From: a virus
Taxonomy: Duplodnaviria; Heunggongvirae; Uroviricota; Caudoviricetes
DNA: 23,295 bases
Reading direction: 5' to 3' (one strand)
Virus record (IMG/VR): IMGVR_UViG_2531839454_000013
The translations under genes were made by a program, and so were the position numbers. The notes beneath the pieces were generated by a model. That model was not told the DNA's origin. It ran no database searches and worked only from the letters and a program-made list of their open reading frames with translations. Shown here one piece after another: positions 1 to 7,484 of the stretch (its first letter is position 1; every line of letters starts with the position of its first letter).

Positions 1-990
1 TTTATCCAGACCTTACCGGAAAATTCTGTCGATCTGATAGTCACAGACCCGCCATACTTTAAAGTGAAGCCCGAGGGCTGGGATAACCAGTGGAAGGGCG
101 ACGATGATTACCTGAAATGGCTGGACCGATGTCTGGCGCAGTTCTGGCGGGTACTGAAGCCCGCCGGAAGTCTTTACCTGTTCTGTGGTCATCGCCTGGC
201 ATCTGATATCGAAATCATGATGCGTGGACGCTTTAATGTACTGAACCATATTATCTGGGCGAAGCCGTCCGGACGCTGGAACGGATGCAACAAGGAAAGC
301 CTGCGGGCATATTTCCCGGCAACAGAACGCATTCTGTTTGCAGAACATTATCAGGGGCCATACCAACCCAAAAATGACGGCTATGCGGCAAAGGGGCGCG
401 AGCTAAAACAGCACGTCATGGCCCCGCTGATTTCTTACTTTCGTGATGCGCGTGAATCACTGGGAATAACGTCAAAACAGATAGCGGAAGTCACCGGAAA
501 GAAAAACATGGCTTCGCACTGGTTTGGTATCAGTCAGTGGCAGTTGCCGAACGAAGGCGATTATCTGAAATTACAGGCGTTGTTTGCGCGTGTTGCAGCA
601 GAAAAACATCAGCGCGGTGAACTGGAAAAGCCACACCACCAGCTGGTCAGCACATACAGTGAACTGAACCGGCAATACGCCAGCCTGCTGGAAGAGTACA
701 AATCCCTGCGGCGTTATTTTTCCGTATCGGCAGCTGTTCCTTATACGGATGTCTGGACGCATAAACCTGTACAGTTTTATCCGGGCAAACATCCCTGTGA
801 AAAACCGGCGGGTATGTTGCGGCAGATAATTGAGGCCAGCAGCCGTCCGGGAGATTTGGTGGCTGATTTTTTTATGGGGTCTGGCTCAACAATAAAAGCA
901 GCACTTTCACTGGGACGTCGTGCAATTGGCGTTGAACTGGAAGAAGAGAGATTTAATCAGACTGTAACTGAAATAAAAAATATCTGTTAA
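1..990 (+). CDS. DNA methyltransferase, beta-class N6-adenine/N4-cytosine type; 5' end truncated by window edge
   Basis: Frame is open from nt 1 to the stop at 988-990 (track ORF 64..990 is the same frame). DPPY motif encoded near nt 46-57 (IVTDPPYF); C-terminal FxGSGST AdoMet-binding motif (FFMGSGST) and HPCEKP motif. Motif IV preceding motif I is the beta-class amino-methyltransferase arrangement. No restriction endonuclease partner in the window. Confidence 0.85.
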   Translation, partial: FIQTLPENSVDLIVTDPPYFKVKPEGWDNQWKGDDDYLKWLDRCLAQFWRVLKPAGSLYLFCGHRLASDIEIMMRGRFNVLNHIIWAKPSGRWNGCNKESLRAYFPATERILFAEHYQGPYQPKNDGYAAKGRELKQHVMAPLISYFRDARESLGITSKQIAEVTGKKNMASHWFGISQWQLPNEGDYLKLQALFARVAAEKHQRGELEKPHHQLVSTYSELNRQYASLLEEYKSLRRYFSVSAAVPYTDVWTHKPVQFYPGKHPCEKPAGMLRQIIEASSRPGDLVADFFMGSGSTIKAALSLGRRAIGVELEEERFNQTVTEIKNIC

Positions 991-1070
991 TTGTGCATGG
1001 TGTTATTTCTGATAATTCCGGAATAATAAAAATATATATGTATATTTACAATTGCTGACGAGCATATTTA

Positions 1071-1098
1071 TTGAAAGCGTCCGGGTTATTCGTATTAT
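1071..1098 (+). promoter_or_regulatory. Putative sigma70 promoter for the tRNA cluster
   Basis: TTGAAA (-35), 16-nt spacer, TATTAT (-10), followed by a GC-rich discriminator (GTGCCGCG) and preceded by an AT-rich UP-like tract (1025-1070); about 30 nt upstream of the first tRNA. Found by eye, not scored. Confidence 0.4.
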
Positions 1099-1130
1099 TG
1101 TGCCGCGTCAGAGCAATGATGTAATGGACA

Positions 1131-1207
1131 GGCCCTTTAGCTCAGTTGGTCAGAGCGAGCGACTCATAATCGCCAGGTCGCTGGTTCAAGTCCAGCAAGG
1201 GCCACCA
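1131..1207 (+). tRNA. tRNA with CAU anticodon, most similar to E. coli tRNA-Ile2 (lysidine-CAU, reads AUA); elongator Met not excluded
   Basis: Cloverleaf read by eye: acceptor GGCCCTT/AAGGGCC, D-arm GCTC...GAGC, anticodon loop CTCATAA, T-loop TTCAAGT, 3' ACCA. Closely resembles ileX from memory. One A:C mispair in the anticodon stem as I parsed it. Confidence 0.8.
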
Positions 1208-1208
1208 G

Positions 1209-1285
1209 CCGCCACTAGCTCATCCGGATAGAGCATCAACCTTCTAAGTTGATGGTGCGAGGTTCGAGTCCTCGGTGGCGGGCCA
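1209..1285 (+). tRNA. tRNA-Arg (anticodon UCU, reads AGA/AGG)
   Basis: Acceptor CCGCCAC/GTGGCGG (C1:G72), D-arm GCTC/GAGC, anticodon stem TCAAC/GTTGA with loop CTTCTAA, T-arm CGAGG-TTCGAGT-CCTCG, 3' GCCA. The 5' boundary could be 1208. Confidence 0.75.
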
Positions 1286-1287
1286 GT

Positions 1288-1363
<76 letters not shown>

Positions 1364-1366
1364 TAT

Positions 1367-1441
<75 letters not shown>

Positions 1442-1709
1442 GCAGAGGACGATACTAGGTTGTTTTTGGGCACTGACACTTTATGTGGGGCGTTTTTACC
1501 TGACTCCTTACCTCGCCCTGTACTGTAATGAGTGATATCGGTTGCAGCACCAGTGCCGTTTTTTACGCCACCGGAATGGTGCATTATTGGTAGAGATTTG
1601 CAATGTCTCTGGCAGGGGCCGGTGATGCATCATCCCGATGTTGTAAACATCACCCAAAATAACGTTGAGATTAATCTCGTACTAAGCAAAACCTGGAAAT
1701 ACATCCTTT

Positions 1710-1736
1710 ACCGCCTCCACCGGGCGGTTTTTTTTA
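1710..1736 (+). terminator. Rho-independent terminator downstream of the tRNA cluster
   Basis: 6-bp GC-rich stem ACCGCC/GGCGGT with loop TCCACCG, followed by a run of 8 T. Confidence 0.6.
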
Positions 1737-1817
1737 TTCTGAACCCTAAAAAAAGAAACACGGACACTGATAATGCCCGTGTGGCAATGCCATGTAAGTT
1801 AGCGATGAATATGGCGC

Positions 1818-1850
1818 AAAAAAAGCGCGGCCGTCGGATTAACGCCGCGG
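1818..1850 (-). terminator. Possible minus-strand intrinsic terminator
   Basis: On the minus strand: stem CGCGGC/GCCGCG with a 12-nt loop, then C plus T7 (plus strand shows A7 before the hairpin). The loop is large, so this is weak. Confidence 0.3.
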
Positions 1851-2107
1851 GACAAAGTCCATGAAGAATCATAAGTATCTGTCTCCTTCAGGAGACGAGT
1901 TGATATTACTAAGCTTTAAAAATGGTTTAAATCCTCAGATTAACCTTAATTTCAGGTAAGTCTTATTTCATTTCTTTGCGCCACGCCCGGCGCACATCAA
2001 AAACCACAGAGCCTTTCAGGGGTGAGCTTACGGGATGGTCAGTGTGACTTTCTCTGTGGGCTGGTCACCCCCGGGCGCAGGCTCACCCACTAAAAGGAAA
2101 AGTCACG

Positions 2108-2533
2108 ATGTTTGGTATTTTCAAAAAGAAAACCCGCAAGGCCATTACTGAAGTAAAGAAAATGGAGAACCGCGACGCAGTGGAGGCGACCGTCTGGGGG
2201 GCGTATTCCATCGCATTCGCCGACGGCACCTGTGATGCGAAAGAAATCGCGGTGCTGGAGAAAACCATTGCAGCACTTCCTGCTTTTGCGCCGTTCTCTG
2301 GTGAGATTGCACAAATGAGTGCAAATATCCGCGCCCGTTATGAAGCGTCGCCGCGTTCTGCCAATGCCGAAGCTCTTCGTCAGCTGGCTGATGTTGCCGG
2401 TACTGATGATGCAGTTAATGTGCTGTGCCTGTGTCTGGATATCGCTGACCAGGATGGCATTGGTCCGGATGAAGAAGCACAGCTCAAGAAAATTGCTCAG
2501 GCGCTGCAGTTACCGCTGGAGCAGTACCTGTGA
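2108..2533 (+). CDS. TerB-like (tellurite-resistance TerB / DjlA N-terminal domain family) protein, 141 aa
   Basis: Track ORF with RBS AAGGAAAA 6 nt before the ATG. Two spaced acidic ADG-type motifs (SIAFADGTCDAKEI and LDIADQDGIGPDEEAQLKKIA) about 90 residues apart in an all-helical acidic protein, matching the TerB pattern from memory. Family assignment not verified by profile search. Confidence 0.6.
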   Translation: MFGIFKKKTRKAITEVKKMENRDAVEATVWGAYSIAFADGTCDAKEIAVLEKTIAALPAFAPFSGEIAQMSANIRARYEASPRSANAEALRQLADVAGTDDAVNVLCLCLDIADQDGIGPDEEAQLKKIAQALQLPLEQYL

Positions 2534-2682
2534 AAAGTGCGCGCCTTGTGCTGGCTGCCATCCTGCTGTTTCTGGTAGTGGTGGTGGATTTCACCGGACG
2601 GCTGATGTCGGTGCTGGCAGATGGTGTGCTGGTGGCGATGGCGCTGGCCGTACTCCGGCCTTTACTGCGCAAATCTGAATAA
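2530..2682 (+). CDS. Small hydrophobic membrane protein (~50 aa, 2 predicted TM), translationally coupled to the TerB-like gene
   Basis: GTG start overlaps the TerB stop (GTGA); GGAG lies 8 nt upstream. Translation MKSARLVLAAILLFLVVVVDFTGRLMSVLADGVLVAMALAVLRPLLRKSE. Not in the ORF track (shorter than its cutoff). Followed by a terminator. Confidence 0.4.
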   Translation: MKSARLVLAAILLFLVVVVDFTGRLMSVLADGVLVAMALAVLRPLLRKSE

Positions 2683-2733
2683 CACCACACAAAAGGCATC
2701 TGCGGGTGCCTTTGACGGGGTGTTGTTTTTTAC

Positions 2734-2759
2734 GGGCCGCTGGTGGCCCTTTTTTATTT
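2734..2759 (+). terminator. Rho-independent terminator closing the TerB module
   Basis: GGGCC-GCTGGT-GGCCC hairpin followed by T6, preceded by a second hairpin AAAGGCA...TGCCTTT (2692-2713). Confidence 0.6.
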
Positions 2760-2773
2760 ACAGGAGAAAAAGT

Positions 2774-3166
2774 ATGTCTGAACCCTTATCCGGTTCCGGC
2801 ACGGCTGCGGCGCTCGGCGGGGCGACGGTATTCGGGCTGTTTACCGGAACGGATTTCGGGATTGTGTTTGGTGCGTTCGCCGGGGCGTTATTTGTGGCAA
2901 CGATGCCTCAGGCGCTTTCAGCCTGGCGTGTGGCGGCGCATTTTTTGGTGTCGTTTATCGTCGGCGTGCTGGGGGCGCGCGTGCTGTCAGCCTGGATTGC
3001 ATCAAAAACAGGGTATGACGGTACATCGGCAGATGCGCTGTGTGCGGTGCTGGTATCGGTGGTGTCGGTGAAGATTCTGTCGTTCATCCACCAGCAGGAT
3101 ATTGCATCACTGGTGTCCGGTGTGTTCTCCCGCCTGCGGGGTGGAGGAGGCGGCAATGTTAAGTAA
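2774..3166 (+). CDS. Multi-TM membrane protein with glycine-zipper motifs; putative holin or antiholin
   Basis: ATG at 2774 with RBS AGGAG (in-frame internal start of track ORF 2621..3166). 130 aa, several hydrophobic helices rich in GxxxG/AxxxG, C-terminal GGGGG. Sits in the lysis cassette upstream of the endolysin. Confidence 0.5.
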   Translation: MSEPLSGSGTAAALGGATVFGLFTGTDFGIVFGAFAGALFVATMPQALSAWRVAAHFLVSFIVGVLGARVLSAWIASKTGYDGTSADALCAVLVSVVSVKILSFIHQQDIASLVSGVFSRLRGGGGGNVK

Positions 3167-3431
3167 CCTTCCCGGATTGCTGAATGTGGCGTTATGCACG
3201 GTTATCGTGCTGACGCTCTTTTTTTATCGTCGTCGTGACTCCAGACACAAACCGCTGATGTCATGGCTGGCCTGGCTGCTGATGCTGCTTTATGCCTTTG
3301 CCCCCCTCAGCTATCTGTGTGGTCGCCCGTTAGCAACGGGCTGGCTGGAAGTGTTTTTTAACCTGCTGTTCTGCGTGCTGGTGATACGCGCACGCGGGAA
3401 CGTCACAAAAATCTTTCCATTGTTGAGGTGA
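3156..3431 (+). CDS. Putative holin (about 91 aa, 3 predicted TM)
   Basis: ATG at 3156 with strong RBS GGAGGAGG (in-frame internal start of track ORF 3102..3431). Three hydrophobic segments with a charged C-terminal tail; stop overlaps the endolysin start. Confidence 0.5.
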   Translation: MLSNLPGLLNVALCTVIVLTLFFYRRRDSRHKPLMSWLAWLLMLLYAFAPLSYLCGRPLATGWLEVFFNLLFCVLVIRARGNVTKIFPLLR

Positions 3432-3814
3432 ATATGATGCCGGGTAAATTCAGATTCAGCCGTCGCAGTGAAAAAAATCTGGAGGGCGTCAAACCACAGC
3501 TGGTTGCTGTCGTTCGCCGTGCGCTGGAGCTGACGGAGGTTGATTTTGGTATCACGGAAGGTCTGCGCAGTAAGTATCGCCAGAAACAGCTGGTAGCGGC
3601 AGGGAAAAGCCAGACCATGAACAGCCGCCACCTTACAGGTGATGCGGTGGATGTTGTGGCCTACATTGGCAGCCAGGTGTCATGGGACTGGCCTCTGTAC
3701 GAGAAAATCGCGCAGGCATTTAAGCAGGCTGCCGCAGAGCTGGGAACTGCCATCGAATGGGGTGGGGACTGGAAAACACTGAAAGATGGGCCTCACTTTC
3801 AGTTGAAACGCTGA
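3428..3814 (+). CDS. Endolysin, peptidase M15 family (phage T5 Lys-like L-alanyl-D-glutamate endopeptidase)
   Basis: Track ORF. Clear similarity from memory to T5 endolysin (FRFS..SEKNL..VKP.L..V.RRALEL...DFGI..G.R; zinc-ligand context SRHLTGDAVD and GPHF). No signal peptide. The true start may be an internal ATG a few codons in. Confidence 0.85.
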   Translation: MNMMPGKFRFSRRSEKNLEGVKPQLVAVVRRALELTEVDFGITEGLRSKYRQKQLVAAGKSQTMNSRHLTGDAVDVVAYIGSQVSWDWPLYEKIAQAFKQAAAELGTAIEWGGDWKTLKDGPHFQLKR

Positions 3815-3828
3815 TAACCAGGTGTGTT

Positions 3829-4011
3829 ATGAGCAGAAAACACTGGACACACAGAATGCCGCGAACGGCGGCGAAATGGGCACTGGTAGCGATACTGGTG
3901 CCTTTTTTCCTGGTGGGATGCGTCAGCCTGGATAAGGCGCGCCAGCTTTTCGATACAGCTTCTCAGGTCTGTGAAATTGTCGACGGTGTCCGGCAGTGTA
4001 TGCAGAACTGA
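3829..4011 (+). CDS. Small lipoprotein (60 aa), possible outer-membrane spanin-like lysis component
   Basis: ATG at 3829 with RBS AGGTG. Signal peptide ending in lipobox LVGC; short mature part with two further Cys. Lies immediately after the endolysin. No Rz-like partner was recognised. Confidence 0.5.
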   Translation: MSRKHWTHRMPRTAAKWALVAILVPFFLVGCVSLDKARQLFDTASQVCEIVDGVRQCMQN

Positions 4012-4040
4012 TCGCCTGATAATTGTTTTACTAAGGAGAA

Positions 4041-4232
4041 ATGATGGAATCGCCAATTATGAAATATTTCAATTATGAGCATCTTCCGACTTCGTTAAAG
4101 GAAGTGAGTAAGCCAATTGGTGAACTGGCAAGAGTAATGGATGAATCTTTGCCAGACGGTCCGGAAAAGTCGGCTGGGTTACGTAAATTGCTTGAAGCAA
4201 AAGATGCTCTGGTGCGAGCGAAACTGGGTTAA
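4041..4232 (+). CDS. Hypothetical small soluble protein (63 aa)
   Basis: Track ORF with strong RBS AAGGAG. No TM segment, no recognised family. Confidence 0.45.
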   Translation: MMESPIMKYFNYEHLPTSLKEVSKPIGELARVMDESLPDGPEKSAGLRKLLEAKDALVRAKLG

Positions 4233-4275
4233 GGCATTACAGCAGCCCTTCAGTGAGGGGCTGCGATAATGTGAG

Positions 4276-4317
4276 AAATAAAAAACCGGCAGGGGAAATC
4301 CATTGAAGATTTGCCGG
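4276..4317 (-). terminator. Possible minus-strand intrinsic terminator
   Basis: Bipartite hairpin (CCGGCA/TGCCGG outer stem, AATC/GATT inner stem) followed on the minus strand by T6 (plus strand shows an A-run before the hairpin). Confidence 0.3.
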
Positions 4318-4479
4318 TGGCAATAAAGATGGCCATGCTTTCAACCTTAGTCGCAGGGTTACGGAGTGCAACAACGAATGCTGCCGGTATATGGCTGAAT
4401 GGCGTTTCAATGATGTACGTCATCTTATCTGTAAATGTTAATGACAAACGCTCTCATTTGTGCGGGTCCTTCCGGTGGG

Positions 4480-4520
4480 GTGGCCTGCCACGGGGCGGGA
4501 GCGTCGCGGAAAAAGGCTAG
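4480..4520. other. cos site (cosN-like cohesive-end site)
   Basis: ACGGGGCGGGAGCGTCGCGG resembles the lambda cosN GGGCGGCGACCTCGCGG, with a downstream TTCGTCAT as in lambda; about 185 nt upstream of the terminase small subunit start, the same spacing as cos to Nu1 in lambda. From memory, not aligned. Confidence 0.55.
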
Positions 4521-4549
4521 TTTTTGAAATTTTATTCGTCATCACCACT

Positions 4550-4573
4550 ACTGTAATTAATTGATATTACAGT
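4550..4573. repeat. Perfect 8-bp inverted repeat ACTGTAAT-N8-ATTACAGT in the cosB-equivalent region
   Basis: Read directly; flanked by two copies of TCATCAC (about 4537 and 4612). Possible terminase small subunit or IHF binding site. Confidence 0.5.
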
Positions 4574-4678
4574 TGTTTTATTTTTATGGTGTCGATTCTG
4601 ATTGTTTTTTGTTCATCACTAACACCGTTTGCCTAAAGTTGTTCGCAAGATGCATGTTTAAAACATTCTGGAGCGGGT

Positions 4679-5173
4679 ATGGATCGAGAGTTAAAAAATC
4701 TGACGCTGAATATCAGTCAACTGGCGGCATTGTCAGGTGTACATCGCCAGACTGCTGCGGCAAGGCTGCAAAATCTACCCGTTGCAGGGGGGCATGAAAG
4801 CAACCTCAAGCTTTATCGGGTGGTTGATATTGTGTCGGCATTTCTGGCATTACCACCGCCGGTTGCAGAAGGCGAAATGGACGCGCATGAGCGCAAAGCC
4901 TGGTATCAGTCTGAACGTGAGCGTCTTAAGTTCGAACAGGAAACGGCACAACTCATTCCGGCCAGTGATGTCAGACGGGAGTTTGCCATCTGGGCAAAAG
5001 CGGTCGTGCAGGTGCTGGAGACATTACCGGATATTCTGGAACGTGACTGCGGCCTGCAGCCTGCCGCTGTGAGCCGTGTTCAGTCCATTATTGATGATCT
5101 GCGCGATCAGATAGCCCTGCGGGTGACTGAAGCAGGTGCGGATGATGAGGAGGAATTACAGCAGGAGGAGTAA
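4679..5173 (+). CDS. Terminase small subunit (lambda Nu1-like)
   Basis: Track ORF. N-terminal winged-HTH-like segment (LNISQLAALSGVHRQTAAARLQ) resembling the Nu1 N-terminus, acidic C-terminus; directly upstream of and overlapping the large subunit (TAATG). Confidence 0.7.
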   Translation: MDRELKNLTLNISQLAALSGVHRQTAAARLQNLPVAGGHESNLKLYRVVDIVSAFLALPPPVAEGEMDAHERKAWYQSERERLKFEQETAQLIPASDVRREFAIWAKAVVQVLETLPDILERDCGLQPAAVSRVQSIIDDLRDQIALRVTEAGADDEEELQQEE

Positions 5174-7275
5174 TGCTGAATCAGGAAACCGCAAAGGCAG
5201 CACGAACCGATTCAGGTTATATCCTTCGCGCACCGAGACGAATGCGGGTTGCTGATGCCGTTGCTCAGTATATGCGGGTGCCTATGGGGGCAGGGAACTC
5301 AGTCCCGTGGGATCCGCTGGTGGCACCGTATGTTATTGAGCCTATGAACTGCCTGGCCTCGCGTGAATACGACGCAGTGATATTTGTTGGTCCGGCACGA
5401 ACCGGCAAGACTATCGGCCTGATTGACGGCTGGGGGATTTACAACGTGATTTGCGATCCTGCGGATATGCTGATCATTCAGATGACGGAGGAAAAAGCCC
5501 GCGAACACTCCAAAAAACGACTTGCCAGAACGTTTCGCGTCAGCCCGGAAGTGGTCAGTCGCCTGAGTCCGAACAAAAATGACAACAACGTTTATGACAG
5601 AACATTCCTTGCTGGCAACTACCTGAAAATCGGCTGGCCGTCAGTCAATATCATGTCCTCATCAGATTATAAATGCGTGGCGCTGACGGATTATGACCGT
5701 TTTCCGGAAGATATTGATGGCGAGGGGGATGCCTTCTCTCTTGCCTCAAAACGTACCACCACATTTATGTCCAGTGGTATGACGCTGGTGGAGAGTTCCC
5801 CCGGCAGGGATGTGAAGGATGTGAAATGGCGACGGACTTCACCGCATGAGGCTCCACCAACCACGGGGATACTGTCACTCTATAACCGTGGCGATCGCCG
5901 TCGCTGGTACTGGCCCTGCCCACACTGTGGTGAGTATTTTCAGCCCTGCGGCGATGTGGTTGCTGGTTTCCGTGATATTGCCGATCCTGTGCTGGCAAGT
6001 GAGGCGGCTTATATTCAGTGTCCTTCCTGTTCAGGACGGATTTTGCCTGAACAAAAACGTGAGCTGAACGGACGTGGGGTCTGGTTGCGGGATGGTGAAT
6101 CCATCAATGCGGATGGCAGTCGTTATGGTGATCCCCGACGCTCACGTATTGCGTCATTCTGGATGGAGGGTCCGGCAGCTGCTTACCAGACACTCTCGCA
6201 ACTCGTTTACAAACTGCTTACTGCAGAACAGGAATACGAGACAACCGGAAGTGAAGAAACACTCAAGACGGTTATCAATACCGACTGGGGATTACCTTAT
6301 CTTCCCCGTGCCAGCATGGAGCAACGAAAAAGTGAACTGCTTGAGCAGCGGGCAGAGCCAGTTCCTTCCCGCAGTGTGCCGGATGGCGTTAATTTCCTGG
6401 TGGCGACAGTTGATGTGCAGGCGGGACGTCATCGCCGTTTTGTGGTTCAGGTAACGGGCTATGGCAGCCGTGGCGAACGCTGGATTATTGATCGTTACAA
6501 CATCACGCAGTCATTGCGCGGTGACAGCGACGGGGAGAGCCAGCGAATTGATCCGGCCAGCTATCCGGAAGACTGGGATGTCCTGCTGACGGATGTTTTT
6601 CATAAAAGCTGGCCGCTGGCCTCCGATCCTTCTCAACAAATGCGACTGATGGCAATGGCGGTGGACTCCGGCGGTGAAGACGGGGTCACTGATAATGCCT
6701 ATAAATTCTGGCGTCGTTGCCGTCGTGATGGCCTTGGTAAACGTATTTACCTGTTTAAGGGCGACAGCATCCGGCGCGCAAAACTGATCAGCCGTACATT
6801 CCCTGATAACACCGGACGAACGGGCCGACGGGCGCAGGCCGCAGGTGATGTGCCGCTCTGGCTTCTTCAGACGGATGCCCTGAAAGACCGGGTGAATAAC
6901 GCGTTATGGCGTGACTCGCCAGGTCCAGGCTATGTGCATTTCCCTGACTGGCTGGGGAGCTGGTTTTACGACGAACTGACGTATGAAGAGCGGAGCAGTG
7001 ACGGGAAATGGAGTAAGCCGGGTCGCGGTGCCAACGAAGCTTTTGACCTGATGGTGTATGCCGAGGCTCTGGTCATTCTGCATGGATACGAAAAGATCCG
7101 CTGGCCGGATGCACCGGAGTGGGCGAGCCGGGAAACCTGGCTGGAGTGTGTCCCGGACAGTACCGAACCGTCACCCACACCGGAACCGGTATCCACGCCT
7201 GTTAAAAAACAAAAACGGAAGAAAACAGTAACTGACGATGTTAACCCCTGGCTGACTTCCGGAGGATGGTTATGA
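5173..7275 (+). CDS. Terminase large subunit (lambda gpA family)
   Basis: 700-aa track ORF with Walker A-like GPARTGKT and the gpA-family WYWPCPHCGEYF motif; position between Nu1-like and gpW-like genes. Confidence 0.85.
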   Translation: MLNQETAKAARTDSGYILRAPRRMRVADAVAQYMRVPMGAGNSVPWDPLVAPYVIEPMNCLASREYDAVIFVGPARTGKTIGLIDGWGIYNVICDPADMLIIQMTEEKAREHSKKRLARTFRVSPEVVSRLSPNKNDNNVYDRTFLAGNYLKIGWPSVNIMSSSDYKCVALTDYDRFPEDIDGEGDAFSLASKRTTTFMSSGMTLVESSPGRDVKDVKWRRTSPHEAPPTTGILSLYNRGDRRRWYWPCPHCGEYFQPCGDVVAGFRDIADPVLASEAAYIQCPSCSGRILPEQKRELNGRGVWLRDGESINADGSRYGDPRRSRIASFWMEGPAAAYQTLSQLVYKLLTAEQEYETTGSEETLKTVINTDWGLPYLPRASMEQRKSELLEQRAEPVPSRSVPDGVNFLVATVDVQAGRHRRFVVQVTGYGSRGERWIIDRYNITQSLRGDSDGESQRIDPASYPEDWDVLLTDVFHKSWPLASDPSQQMRLMAMAVDSGGEDGVTDNAYKFWRRCRRDGLGKRIYLFKGDSIRRAKLISRTFPDNTGRTGRRAQAAGDVPLWLLQTDALKDRVNNALWRDSPGPGYVHFPDWLGSWFYDELTYEERSSDGKWSKPGRGANEAFDLMVYAEALVILHGYEKIRWPDAPEWASRETWLECVPDSTEPSPTPEPVSTPVKKQKRKKTVTDDVNPWLTSGGWL

Positions 7276-7484
7276 ACCAGAATGATATTGAAGCCATGAT
7301 TCAGCGTTATACGGAAGCTGAAATGGCGGTGCTGGACGGAAAATCCGTCACCTTTAATGGTCAGCAGATGACCATGGAAAACTTATCTGAGATCCGGCAG
7401 GGACGGCAGGAGTGGGAGCGCCGCCTTGCGGCTCTGATTACACGACGACGGGGGCATCCCGGGTACCGGCTGGCGAGGTTCTGA
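7272..7484 (+). CDS. W: Head-tail joining protein gpW-like
   Basis: About 70 aa; C-terminal RRRGHPGYRLARF resembles lambda gpW from memory. RBS GGAGGA precedes the ATG at 7272 (track gives 7266). Confidence 0.65.
   Translation: MNQNDIEAMIQRYTEAEMAVLDGKSVTFNGQQMTMENLSEIRQGRQEWERRLAALITRRRGHPGYRLARF

Noticed and set aside
1532-1864. 110-aa plus-strand ORF from the track
   Set aside because: Runs straight through the intrinsic terminator hairpin and T-run at 1710-1736, has no convincing RBS and low-complexity composition; more likely non-coding leader or regulatory DNA.
1708-1872. 54-codon minus-strand ORF with an AGGAGA RBS
   Set aside because: Its coding region would contain the minus-strand terminator hairpin and the plus-strand terminator; short and unconserved in appearance; kept only as a possibility.
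1442-2107. Shiga toxin or other known toxin cargo at the position downstream of the phage tRNAs
   Set aside because: No ORF of appropriate size or composition; the region is largely non-coding apart from the TerB-like gene that follows.
2319-2678. 119-aa plus-strand track ORF overlapping the TerB-like gene in another frame
   Set aside because: Out-of-frame overlap with a well-supported gene; Arg/Cys-rich unnatural composition. The real downstream gene is the short GTG-initiated membrane peptide in a different frame.
4250-4447. 65-aa minus-strand ORF (TTG start) between the lysis genes and cos
   Set aside because: No RBS, and a minus-strand terminator-like hairpin lies inside its 3' part, so a transcript would end before its stop.
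4311-4520. 69-aa plus-strand ORF running into the cos site
   Set aside because: TTG or weak ATG start without RBS; extends across cosN, which is not expected to be coding.
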